The translations under genes were made by a program, and so were the position numbers. From Octopus sinensis (lineage: Eukaryota): 64,000 nucleotides of DNA. The notes beneath the pieces are model-generated. The model was not told where the DNA came from, made no database searches, and saw only the letters and a program-made list of their open reading frames with translations. Where the stretch lies: positions 2,728,001 through 2,792,000 of the forward strand of contig NC_043005.1 in assembly GCF_006345805.1 (NCBI RefSeq). The letters are read 5' to 3'. Within the stretch, counting starts at the first letter, position 1. Each line of letters begins with the position of its first letter. This document shows, one piece after another, positions 36,413 to 49,137 of this stretch.

Positions 36413-38147
36413 CATGTATGTATGTATTATGTATGCATGTATGTATGTATGCATATATGTATGTATGCATGTATGTATGCATGCGTGCATGTATGTATGT
36501 ATGTATGTATGTATGTATGTATGTATGTGTATGTATGCATGTATGTATGTATGTATGTATGTGTCTATGTATGCATGCATGTATGTATGTATGTATGTAT
36601 GTATGTATGCATGTATGTATGTATGTATGTGTGTATGTATGTATGTGTGTATGTATGTATGTGTGTATGTATGCATGTATGTATGTATGTATGTATGTAT
36701 GTATGTATGAATGTATGTATGTATGTATGTATGTATTCATGTGTATGTATGTATGTATGTATGCATGTATGTATGTATGTATGTGTGTATGTATGTATGT
36801 ATGTATGTGTGTATGTATGTATGTATGTATGTGTGTATGTATGTATGTATGTGTGTATGTATGTATGTATGTGTGTATGTATGTATGTATGTATGTGTGT
36901 ATGTATGCATGCATGTATGTATGTATGTATGCATGCATGCATGCATGCATGTATGTATGTATGTATGCATGTATGCATGTATGTATGTATGTATGTATGT
37001 ATGTATGTGTGTATGTATGTATGTATGTATGTATGTATGTATCTATGTATGTATGTATGTATGTATGTATGTGTGTATGTATGTATGTATGTATGTATGT
37101 ATGTTTGTATGTATGTATGTATGCATGTATGTGTGTATGCATGTATGTATGTATGTATGTATGTATGTATGTATGCATGTATGTATGTATGCATGTATGT
37201 ATGTATGTATGTATGTATGTATGCATGTATGCATGTATGCATGCATGTATGCATGTATGTATGTATGTATGTATGTATGTATGTATGCATGTATGTATGT
37301 ATGTATGTATGCATGTATGTATGTATGTATGTATGTGTGTGTGTATGCATGTATGTATGTATGTATGTATGTATGCATGCATGCATGTATGCATGTATGT
37401 ATGTATGTATGTATGTATGTATGTATGTATGCATGTATGTATGTATGTGTGTATGTATGCATGCATGTATGTAAGTATGTATGTATGTATGCATGTATGT
37501 ATGTATGTATGCATGTATGTATGTATGTATGTATGCATGTATTATGTATGTATGTATGTATGTATGTATGTATGTATGTATGTATGCATGTATGTATGTA
37601 TGTATGCATGTATGTGTGTATGTATGTATGTATGTATGTATGTATGTGTGTATGTATGTATGTATGTGTGTATGTATGCATGCATGTATGTATGTATGTA
37701 TGTATGTGTGTATGTATGCATGTATGTATGTATGTATGTATGTATGTATGTATGTGTGTATGTATGCATATATGTATGTATGTATGTATGTATGTTTGTA
37801 TGTATGTATGTTTGTATGTATGCATGTATGTGTGTATGCATGTGTGTATGTATGCATGTATGTATGTATGTATGTATGTATGCATGTATGTGTGTATGTA
37901 TGTATGTATGCATGTATGCATGTATGTATGCATGTATGTATGTATGTATGTATGCATGCATGTATGTATGTATGTATGCATGTATGTGTGTATGTATGTA
38001 TGTATGTATGTATGTATGTATGTGTGTATGTATGTATGTATGTGTGTATGTATGCATGCATGTATGTATGTATGTATGTATGTATGTATGTGTGTATGTA
38101 TGCATGTATGTATGTATGTATGTATGTATGTATGTGTGTATGTATGC

Positions 38148-38180
<33 letters not shown>

Positions 38181-38697
38181 TGTATGTATGTATGTATGTT
38201 GTATGCATGTATGTGTGTATGTATGTATGTATGTATGTATGTATGTATGTATGTTTGTATGTATGTATGTATGCATGTATGTGTGTATGCATGTATGTAT
38301 GTATGTATGCATGTATGCATGTATGTATGTATGTATGCATGTATGCATGTATGTATGTATGTATGCATGTATGTATGTATGTATGTATGCATGTATGTAT
38401 GTATGTATGTATGCATGTATGTGTGTGTGTATGTATGTATGTATGTATGTATGTATGTATGAATGTATGTATGTATGTATGTATGTATGTGTGTGTGTGT
38501 ATGTATGTATGTATGTATGTGTGTGTATGTATGTATGTATGTATGTATGTATGTGTGTGTGTATGTATGTATGTATGTATGTGTGTGTGTGTATGTATGT
38601 ATGTATGTATGTATGTATGTATGTGTGTGTGTATGTATGTATGTATGTATGTATGTATGTGTGTGTATGTATGTATATGTATGTATGTATGTATGTA

Positions 38698-38732
<35 letters not shown>

Positions 38733-38857
38733 ATGTATGTATGTATTTATGTATGTGTGTATGTATGTATGTATGTATGTATGTATGTGTGTATGTATGT
38801 ATGTATGTATGTATGTGTGTGTATGTATGTATGTGTGTATTTATGTATGTATGTATG

Positions 38858-38889
<32 letters not shown>

Positions 38890-38916
38890 TGTATGTATGT
38901 GTGTATGTATGTATAA
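36340..38916. repeat. About 2.6-kb compound (TATG)n array with CATG and TGTG variants
   Basis: Directly visible; source of all the YVCM/HTYI pseudo-ORFs. Confidence 0.98.
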
Positions 38917-38918
38917 TG

Positions 38919-39133
38919 GTGAGCTAGCAGAATCGTCAGCACGACGGACAAGATGCTTCGAGCCATTTCCTCCGTCTTTACGCTCTGAGTTCAAATTCAG
39001 CCAAGGTCGACTTTGCCTTTTATTCTTTCAGGGTCGATAAATTAAGTGCCAGTTGGGCACAGGGGTCGGTGTAATCGACTTACCCACCCACTCCCAGTCG
39101 CTAAATTGCTGGCCTTGTACCAAAATTTGAAAC
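38919..39133 (+). mobile_element. Family B SINE, full length
   Basis: GGTGAGCTAGCAGAATCG head, GAGTTCAAATTC box B, shared body. Confidence 0.85.
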
Positions 39134-39684
39134 CAATATCATAAATAGACATGTAAATAGTAGAGTGTTTGGTAGACGTAGACGTATGAGGATGGCACAG
39201 CCTAACTATTAAACTAGCCACAAACGGGATTTATTTCCAGTGCTGAAGGTTTCTGTAGAACCAACCACATATTTTGGAAATGCTGCCTGGAGAAGGTTGG
39301 TTCCAATGTTGGCCATAAACGCAATGGAAAACATACTTCAGGGTCTTCGGTTAGAGTTCTCCAACTCCTAGGTTTGTTGCCCACAGCACAGCTTTGAGTC
39401 GAACCCACTCTGGTATAATAAAGGCGCTCCTGGGCTCCAAGCCAGAAGTATCTAAGGCTTTATGGAGATATATTTCATTTAATTAAATGACAGTCGATTC
39501 TTCTGGGTTCCTCCGTCCTTTGACGGATCTTTTTTTTTTTTTTTTTTTTTGTCAACTGTGATCTGAAATCCACCCTCCTTACCAAGAAGGCTTCATGGTG
39601 TTGACGGTTTAGTCACCAATGGATGGTCGGACCTGGTAACAAGTTGTACCGAGTTACATGTTACCAGCAGCTTACATATATGTA

Positions 39685-39743
<59 letters not shown>

Positions 39744-39753
39744 GCAGACAGAC

Positions 39754-39792
<39 letters not shown>

Positions 39793-39854
39793 CAGAGATA
39801 TATATAGACATAGACACGTGGCTATATAAAGGGGGTGGAGAGAGAGAGTGGGAG

Positions 39855-39885
<31 letters not shown>

Positions 39886-39893
39886 AAAAAAAA

Positions 39894-39929
<36 letters not shown>

Positions 39930-39933
39930 AAAA

Positions 39934-39977
<44 letters not shown>

Positions 39978-40015
39978 AAAAGTAAGAAAGAAAGAAAGAA
40001 AGAATGAAAGAAAGA
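39685..40015. repeat. Compound (CAGA)n(TAGA)n and (GAAA)n microsatellites
   Basis: Directly visible. Confidence 0.95.
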
Positions 40016-40544
40016 AATCGAAATTGTTGGAATGTCATTAGGCGAGACCATTTTATGTTTAAACAAGATTCCAGGCCAGCAAGAAGGAGTGCGGCAGCGA
40101 TGCTGAAGACCAGCCCAGATTTTGTCCCATTTTGCAGAATTCTAACCGAAAGTGGCCGAGTATCACGTGTTCAAATGTAAACAGAAGCTCGTATGAAATG
40201 TGGACTTTAATCTTTTAGTAACCGAAACTCTAAGATTCTGTGTCATTGTGAAAGGAAGTGAAATTCTTCATTAAGCAAATATGTTTAGTAAATTTCATCA
40301 CGTGACGGTGTAGATTTGATCCTCTTTTGACTTCTTTGAGTTCAAATCCCGCAAAGATCAGATTTTCATTTGAAATCTTTCTGGGGTCGGAAAAATAGAA
40401 TCTAGTGAAGAGGACGAAAAACCTGGGGGAAATTTTGGGGGAACATGCAGTTTAAGGGTTTAAAACACTAAAAGTAAATTGACTGGAAGTGAAGACAGTG
40501 ACATCGAATGACATTAAAGCAATGTAAAGATAATAACCTCGACT

Positions 40545-41075
40545 CGTAAGACCGGTTGCCTGGTTTCCATGGCGTATCCCAGATGACAGCATTTCCCCTG
40601 CACAGGGCATCGGTGCGTTGCAATTTTGAAGGAAAGGGTAAGTTGATTATATCGACCCCAGTATTTGATTGGTATTTTATTTTATTGACCCCGAAAGGAT
40701 GGAAGGCAAAGTTGACCAGGCTGGGAACTGAACTCAGAAATGAAAGCGACAGAAGAGATGCTGCATTTTATCCGATGTGCTAACCACTCTGCCAGATCCC
40801 ATATAAAGGGATCTGGAGAAATCCCTTATAATTTGCCATCGTTATTTATCGAACACAGAAACATGCGTAACAGATCGAAATAAAAGAATACTAAAGCCGT
40901 ACTTCATGTCCCTTTTTTTTTCTCATAGGCACAGGCGAGGCTGTGTGGTAAGAAGTTTGCTTCCCAATCACATGGTTCCGAGTTCAGCCCCAATGCATGG
41001 CACCTTGGGCAAGTGCTTTCTACTATAGTATCGGGCCGACTAAAGCCTTGTGAGCGGTTCAACAAAAGAGAACGA
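40545..41075. mobile_element. Family B SINE (-) followed by family C SINE fragment (+)
   Basis: Reverse family B body at about 40640-40790; GGCTGTGTGGTAAGAAGTTTGC head at about 40940. Confidence 0.75.
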
Positions 41076-41264
41076 TTCAATAAGTAATGGAACCAAATCA
41101 TTGGCAAGACAACAAAAGAATGAAAGAGATATTATGTAAACAGAGAAATTCATCTGAGGAATTACAACCGTGTTTCGTGGTCTGCTACCACAACAGCTCC
41201 TTTATAGGATCCAGTTAGCTCAAGTCATCATCAGGAGGAATCACGTACGGTTTCGGCCCCTACT

Positions 41265-41495
41265 CCTCTACCGTTTTGACGGGACGCCGGTCCGTCGCAG
41301 GTGAGCTGCATGATGCAGGAGGAAAGAGTGAGAGAAAGTTGTGACGAAAGAGTCTGCAGAAGTTTTGGCATTACCTTCTGCCAGAGCCGCGTGGAGCTTA
41401 GGTGTTTCGCTCATAAACACACACATCGCCCGGTCTGAGATGCGAACCCTCGACCGCGAGTCCGCTGCTCTAACCACTAGGCCATGTACCTCCAC
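41265..41495 (-). mobile_element. tRNA-Arg-like-head SINE (OR-type)
   Basis: Homologous to 56620-56813; box A TGGCCTAGTGG. Confidence 0.8.
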
Positions 41496-41526
41496 ACACA
41501 CACACAGATATATATATATATAATAT

Positions 41527-41591
<65 letters not shown>

Positions 41592-41689
41592 ATATATATA
41601 TATATATAATATATATATATATTATATATATATATATAATATATAATATATATATATATAATATATATATATAGTAAATTCGAAGAACA

Positions 41690-41880
41690 AACAATAAAAA
41701 AAACAAGAAAAAGTGAAAAAAAAAAAAACGTGAGAACATGCACAGGAAATATTTTAATTTGACGCTCGGTGAAAGGAGAGAGTTGTTAACGTTTCGAGCA
41801 TGGCTCTTCATTGGAAAGAGAAACGTCCATTGAGAAAGAAGGAAAAATATGAAAAATCGCCAACAATCCACGTGATATAT
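41690..41880 (-). mobile_element. Short Penelope pLTR-like element with hammerhead-like motif
   Basis: Minus strand CTTTCCAATGAAGAGCCATGCTCGAAACGTT; follows a (TA)n array. Confidence 0.55.
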
Positions 41881-41885
41881 AATAT

Positions 41886-42950
41886 ACTAGCAGAGATACC
41901 CGGCGTTGCCCGGTTACATTCAATTGAAGAATTAGACTTTTCTGTTATATTTTCTGAATGAACTGGAATATCTGTTTCGAATTTCATCAAAATTGCAGAT
42001 AAGGGTTATTTCCCTCTTTACACACCCTAAAAAAATTGTAATCGTGCCACATGGAAACCAAAAGACGAATGATCACAATAAGCAGTCAGTTACCCTACCC
42101 TAGTCGTTACCACTCCCAATGTAGGATTCCTCACCATCCAGGTGACAGGCACAGCCGTAAGATGCATTACGAATCTATAGCAATTGGAAGGGCGTGACCC
42201 AACTGAAATCAACATTAACAACTGTGTGACGTGAGGGCTTAGGAGAAATTAAAGTGTCACCTCTGGAGTTTGCAAATGACCACTATACTAATACGTAACT
42301 GGACAGAATGAATTTAAAATCTATAAATGTCTTTGAATAACCAGTCACTCATCTGGGAAGGCCTTGTAATCAATGTTACCATCTGGGGACTATGTGTGAC
42401 CGAGTGATAATAAAAACACTGAAAGGAGGTCTGCAATCAAATAACTTTACTCAACACTTTGCAACTGAATCAGTGGAGGCAAAGATGCCTCTCATTTACT
42501 TAACAATTTATGCACCACATGGCAGAAATCACAATATAAGTGTATGTCAAAGCAAACTGTTACACTGTTATACCATTGAATTAGAAATAATGCCCAACTT
42601 TTATGCTCGGGTAACCCTACAGCTTCCAAGAGCACAACTGTATTCGTTTTTGCTTAGATAAAATGACAAAATTGTGGGTGTTAAGTCCCCATGGAGGGGT
42701 CTTTCTAACTTTGTAAGAACATGAAATTTTATAAATATTACTTCATTTGTGTCTAATATCTATGGTTAAAATTTCCTCAACAGCAAAAATATATGAATTG
42801 TCATGGGGGTTGTGTTCCTTATGCTTAGAATATAATTTCCAAATTTCATAAAGATCCATTCAGTACTTTTGACCTAGTTTTGTATCATAAAAGAAATGAC
42901 TAAAATTTGGGAGTTAAGGCTCCCATTAGGATGTTATATATATATATATA
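41886..42950 (+). mobile_element. Non-autonomous Helitron/Helentron-like element
   Basis: 5' ACTAGCAGAGATACCCGGCGTTGCCCGG stem-loop end, similar to 54727; 3' AAATTTCATAAAGATCC...GTAC region typical of DINE-1/HINE-like elements. Confidence 0.5.
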
Positions 42951-42956
42951 TATAAT

Positions 42957-43029
<73 letters not shown>

Positions 43030-43069
43030 ATATATATATTTATTTATTTATTTATTTTTTATTTTATCT

Positions 43070-43320
43070 AGTTTCAGCTCACGAGCTGTGGCCATGCTGG
43101 GTCACCGCCATTTGGTGTTGCTACATGATTTTACTTCACGAATGCTTTTTAGCAATTGCCATTTGGTGCATGAGAGAGTTCGATGCAGCTGCCCTCATCT
43201 GCACCTCCTGCCGTGAAGTTGGTTCATCTGGGACACCTGACAGGAAGAAATCCAGTTTTATTTTAAAGACATCTGCATCCACCCCATGCAGGTCTCTCAT
43301 GTGTAATGCCTGAGGAGAGA
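43070..43320 (-). mobile_element. 3'-terminal fragment of the same CR1-like LINE family as 46212-48805
   Basis: Encodes LHGVDADVFKIKLDFFLSGVPDEPTSRQEVQMRAAASNSL, matching the end of ORF 46613-48745, plus the shared tail. Confidence 0.88.
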
Positions 43321-43321
43321 G

Positions 43322-43684
43322 GTGGTTTACCAATGCACTGTAAATACACAATATAATAGCAGGGTGTACATTGGTGCGACTAAAAATAGTATAAAACAAC
43401 GGCTAAACTATCATAGATATACTTTTAAAAATAAAAATAGGATGAACTCTACGGGGCTAAGTACGTATATCTGGGAACTCAAGAGTAAGAACATAGATTT
43501 TAAACTAGATTGGGAAATACTAACATCTGCACCTGTATACAATAGTAGAAATAAAAAATGCTCTTTATGTATCAATGAAATTTTCTTCATCATCAAAGCC
43601 GGCCAACCCATTATTAACAGCATTAATGAGCGAAATCTTTTTTGCCTTCACAAATTAGCGTACACTTTCTCTAGATTTAAATAA
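43322..43684 (+). mobile_element. Penelope-like element GIY-YIG endonuclease C-terminal fragment
   Basis: VYQC...VYIGAT...KQRLNYH...LSTYIWELK...KCSLCINE pattern; AT-rich pLTR-like sequence follows. Confidence 0.8.
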
Positions 43685-43959
43685 CATCTAATTCTTCTAC
43701 CAGTAACCTTTTAGCATTCATCTATATAGGACTGTATTATTGGCCCTTACAATTTATAATTTATAACTTTTGTGTCTCCATGTATGTGTTCTACCTTAAT
43801 TGTTTCTGTCCCGACTGAAAAAATATACAAAAATATATAGTTATTCTGATATATGCATGATATTCAGAACCCCACAGAGTCTTTTATAGGTGTAAGATGT
43901 ATAGGTGCATCATATCTTAGGGCACTAGTTTGAGTTTTTAATATACCAATATAATGAAG

Positions 43960-44724
43960 ACGACTCTGATTGACGAATGTAGACGTGCGAACGGTTTTCA
44001 GATAAATTGGATGAAAATATCAATTTTACGAAAAATTTTGTTGTTCAGTGACAAAGCTACGTTTTATGTAAATGGTGAGGTCAACAGACAGAATCTTCTA
44101 TACTGGTCTCGAGGTAATCCACATTGGATGGATCCATCCAAATAGCAAGGCAGCAAAAAGGTGATGGTGTGGTGTGGTTTGTGGAAAACTCATGTTCTAG
44201 GACCCTTCTTCATTGAACATGTAACGGATGAGACTTATGTAAACATATTGAGAGACAAATTAATATCTCAAATTGAGCGCCTAGGCGAGGGCCTTCCGAA
44301 TTGGTTTCAGTAGGATGGGGCCCCTACCCATTTTGCCACAACTGTTAGAGATTGGCTTAATGACACTTTTCCTCACTGGATTGGAAGAAGGGCTCATATG
44401 GAAAGGTCCCCTCGTTCACCAGACCTTTCTCCCCTTGATTTCTTTTTCTGGGGTATGTTGAAAGAGAACGATTACAATAAAGATTACAGATTTAAAACAC
44501 ATGAGAGAACGCATTGCCAGTCAGTGTGCTGAAATTGATGGCAATGTAGACTTATTTAATCAAGTTCACCTGAATTCTGCAAGGCGCATCAAGTTATGCA
44601 TTGAAAATGATGGAAATCACTTTGAAAATATTATTTATTAACATTATAATTGAATAAAATTGGTTTGTTTTAAAAGTATGTGTTAATCCCCATGTACGCA
44701 GACTTTGTGGACACCCTCTATTAT
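43960..44724 (+). mobile_element. Tc1/mariner-superfamily DD40D (rosa/Visitor-like) transposase remnant with right TIR
   Basis: LFSDKATF, KVMVWCG, FQ*DGAPTH...SPRSPDLSPLDFFFWG with 40 residues between the last two D; ends GGACACCCTCTA. Confidence 0.85.
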
Positions 44725-46175
44725 TTTGTAAAACAATATTGAATTAGTTTAAACGTACACAAATGCATAAAAATAATTTTTAATTGAATTAGACATTTGA
44801 AAATACTATTAAATTTCATTCAAATCTAAAAAAAAGGTAAAATTGGACAGAACTGATTGGATAACTTGATATATATAATCTATGATATTCTAGTAGGTTT
44901 CAAGTTTATAACACCTTGATATCTCATATTATCTCATTTTATATGATTAAGACGTTTATTTTCTATTCTGGTTTTTATATATTTCTATACATTATATTTG
45001 TATCTATAATTTATTTTAAGCCGAATCATAATACGATCCTTGTACAAACGAAAGAACAAGAATGTCCTCTGGAACTTTTATCTTCCACCGGTGTTTGTAA
45101 TCGATGGTGAGATTTGCAATGATTTTGCGACTATCTTATATTTTACAGAGAAATTGGAAGCCCCGAATGTAAGCCACCACATTATGCATAATATAGTTCC
45201 CTATTTCTAACTCAAATTCTGTCATCAATAATTATAGATCTCTATTTCTAAATGTAATTCTTTTTCTTCTCGTTCAGTATATAACTATAACACGCATTCT
45301 TGTCTGTCTCTTGACAAGGCTTCTTTTCTCCAGCGTTCACCACTTCACCTCGTTAGGGTTAAACAGCCCTTACCTAATGTTTTTGTTAGCAGCTTTGACG
45401 TTCCACGTATCTCAATTTTTATTTAATTTGCTTTGGGGAGCAATTGCTTTGACGAAGACGCATCTTGTTGCACTGCTCGCTATGCGGAGTAGGTAAATCT
45501 GCCAACAATTGACGAAGGGTTGTTTTTTTATGCTGCATTCGCGCTATAGTTCTCTATATATAATGGAAATTCTTTCAACCCAACCCAACACAACCCGTGT
45601 GTAATAGTGATACCAATGCCATGGCGTCGACTGTAGGCCGGTAGCTGTGTACAGTCGCCCCAATGTCGCCCAGAGCGAGCTCCGGTCGCCATAGCATCTT
45701 TGCCTACACTAAATTTATTCTCTCCAGTTACGTATCTGTATAATGGTCATTTGCAAACTGCAGAGGTGACACTTTCATTTCTCCTTGTCGACTGTGGGCT
45801 GGTAGCTGTGGACGGTCGACCCAACGTCGCACAGAGCGAGCTCTGGCTGGTATGATGCTATAGCAGAAGACACATGCCAAGTTACCACACAGTGGGACTG
45901 AACTGAGGACTAAGTGTTTTGGAACCAAGTTTGTTACCACACAGCCACACCTGCACCTGTGTGTGCGGTGGGGGTATCGGTATGTGTGTATAGGTGTATA
46001 TATGTATGCATGTATATATGTGTATATATATATATATATGTGTACATATTACATGTACATCTATATATACATCTAGACATACATGTTTACATATACATGT
46101 ATATCTATAGAAATACATCTATACATATACAGCTATACATATACATCAGTATATATACATGTATTTATATATATT

Positions 46176-46211
<36 letters not shown>

Positions 46212-48805
46212 GTGATTTCAACTTCCCCAACGTCAAATGGCCCGAAGGTCACATACTCTCAGGAATGAATCATTGCAAGCAAGTACAGGTGGAGTCCCTG
46301 CTCAACCTCACCAATGCCTTATTCATGGAGCAAGTTGTACTCAACCCAACTAGGGCGAATAATATTCTGGATCTCTGCTTCACGAACAATATGGACATCG
46401 TTCATGATGTGAAAGTGACACCGACATCAGTTTCGGATCACAACATAATAGAGCTGTCTATGTTTGGGCCAAAAGTAACCAGAGACATACAGCCTAAAGG
46501 AAGCACCCGAAATCTCTCCAATCTGAACTTCCACAAAGCAGATTGGAAATCGATCCAAAAAGAGATCCTCAGGGAGGACTGACCGGAATGTCTCTCCACA
46601 CCAGACATTGACATGAAACTAGAATGTTTCATGTCGTCTGTGCAAGCCGTATGCCAGAAATATGTCCCAGAGCACAAGGCCAAAACAAATAGGAGCAAGA
46701 TTCCAAGAGACAGGAAGATCCTCATGAGACGACGGACGAAGGTTGCAAATCAACTCAACCAACATCCCAAAAGTAGCGAAACGTCCTGCCTAAAAACAAC
46801 ACTGATGGAGATCGAAAAAAGGCTGCAACAATCCTATGTGAAGGAGAAAGCAGACAAAGAAGCCTGGGTTATAAAAAACATAAAATCAAACCCAAAGGCC
46901 TTCTTTCATTACGCGAAAGAAACAGTCTCAGTGCACTACAAGATAGGACCCTTCCTCCAAAAGGATGGTTCCCTCACAGACAGTCCAACTAAGATCAGTG
47001 AGATGCTGAATGACCAGTTCAAAAGTGTCTTTACCACTCCGTTGGAACACAGACAAGTGAACGAACCAGTGGACTTCTTTGCCGCCTCACCTATAACAAG
47101 CGAGGCGGTTACAATAGAATGTATTGACATTAGCGAAAAAGATGTCCTACTAGCTATAGATGAAGTGGACGCAAACTCAGCTGCTGGTCCAGATGGTTTC
47201 CCAGCCATCCTCCTCAAAGCGTGTAAGCATGCCCTGGCAAAACCCCTCAAGATTCTCTTCCAGAGCTTTCTTGCGAATGGCAAACTGCCAAGCAAGCTGA
47301 AGGAGCGAATAATATGCCCAATACATAAAGGGGAAAGTAGATCAGATGCCAAAAACTATAGGCCTATCTCTCTGACTTCACACATCAGCAAAGTCATGGA
47401 AAGGATAGTCAGAAAGAAACTAATCGCATTCCTTGAGGAAAATAACTTGCTGAGTAATACCCAGCATGGTTTTCGACCAGGTAGGAGCTGCCTGACCCAG
47501 CTCTTACAGCATTATGACTGGGTGTTGAGGCAGTTACTCAACAAATCAAATGTGGACGTAATCCACCTTGATTTTGCAAAAGCTTTTGACAAGGTGGATC
47601 ATGGTATGATATGCCACAAACTGCGTGACCTCAGCATAGCTGGAAAACTTGGAGTATGGTTACAGGACTTTCTGAAAGATAGGAGTCAGGCAGTAGTGGT
47701 TAATGGAGCCACCTCTATGAACACACAAATAGTGAGCGGTGTTCCACAGGGCACTGTCTTGGGACCACTGCTTTTTATAGTGGCCCTCTCAGATATGCCC
47801 TCAAATGCCCGGATAGCCACTCTGGCCAGCTATGCAGACGATACGAAAGTCTCGCAGAAAATACAGAACCCCAGCGATGTTGCACACCTGCAGCAGGAGT
47901 TGGACTCAATCTACAGATGGTCTGAGGATAATAATATGCAGTTTAATGCTGAAAAATTCCAGGCCCTGCGCTACCAGCATCCAAAACTGAATATTAAACT
48001 TACAGGATACACCGGTCCACAGGGAATTTCAATCCCAGAGCCTAAGTCTGTGAGGGACCTGGGTATCGACATGAGTGATGACACCTCTTTCCAAGTGCAC
48101 ATTACCAGGATGGCGACAAAGTGCAGACGACTGGCTGGGTGGATCTTAAGAACATTCAGAACCAGAGATAAGGAAACCATGATGGTCTTCTGGCGGACAT
48201 TCGTCCTCAGCCGCCTGGATTACTGCTCACAGCTATGGTCACCCACCAGTGTAAAATTAACAGCGGACCTTGAAGCAATCCAGAGAAGATTCACAAAGAA
48301 GATCGTCTCTTTGCAACAGCTCAGCTACTGGGAAAGGTTGAAACAGCTAAGACTCTACTCCCTGGAGAGAAGACGGGAGAGGTATGCAGTAATATATGTC
48401 TGGAAGATCCTGGAAGGAATTGTGCCAAATTTTGGCATTGTAAGCTACACCAATGCTAGAACGGGACGACACTGCATAGTGCCAAAGATCCCAGCAATGC
48501 CATCACGCTTCAGGACCAGCTTCTGCAACAGCCTGGGTTTCAAGGGCTCACAGCTTTTTAATATTCTCCCAAAGAGTCTGAGGAACTTGCACAAAGTAGA
48601 TGTAGCGGTTTTTAAATCAAAGCTGGACATCTTCCTGTCAAGAGTCCCAGATGAACCTACCTCACGGCAAGAGGTGCAAATGAGAGTAGCTATATCAAAC
48701 TCCATTCTTCACCAAGTGCCACATATTAGACGAGGTTCTTCGTAATAACAGTGTAGCACAAAACGGCGGTGCATCAGCATGGCCGCAGCTCTGAGCTGAA
48801 ACTAG
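46212..48805 (+). mobile_element. 5'-truncated CR1-like LINE with an uninterrupted 710-aa RT/C-terminal ORF
   Basis: APE tail (DFNFP, PTRANNILDL, SDH), NYRPISLTS, LDFAKAFD, PQGTVLGPLLF, YADD; 3' tail GGCGGTGCATCAGCATGGCCGCAG; (TA)n on both sides. Confidence 0.95.
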
Positions 48806-48829
48806 AGAAAAAAGAATATATATATATTA

Positions 48830-49016
48830 CTAGTCGCCATGATAGATCGTTAGCCACTACACACATTTTTTTCTCTCCTTGTTTTTTCTGTGTCCCTTTC
48901 TGCAGAACAGCGTAGGTTCGAAACGTAAAAGATTTTCCTATTCCTGACCGTTGTACTAATACATCTGCTTGTTTTGTACACCACCTGTCTTCGTCTTTTG
49001 GTTTTTCGTAAACTCT

Positions 49017-49020
<4 letters not shown>
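48830..49020 (+). mobile_element. Short Penelope pLTR-like element with hammerhead-like motif
   Basis: CTTTCTGCAGAACAGCGTAGGTTCGAAACGTAAAAG at 48896-48931; (TA)n on both sides. Confidence 0.6.
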
Positions 49021-49053
<33 letters not shown>

Positions 49054-49137
49054 TGTATATGTATGTATATATATATATATATATGTATATGTATGTATAT
49101 GTATGTATATATGTATATGTATGTTTATATATATAGG

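Noticed and set aside
36309-39040. Very long ORFs (up to 856 aa) of YVCM/HTYI repeats, also at 58.3-59.9, 49.5 and 63.0 kb
   Set aside because: Translations of (TATG)n/(TA)n arrays, which lack stop codons in several frames on both strands.
41150-41260. CTGATGA and CGAAAC motifs on the minus strand suggesting another hammerhead
   Set aside because: Stem I partners are direct rather than complementary repeats, and stem II does not close.
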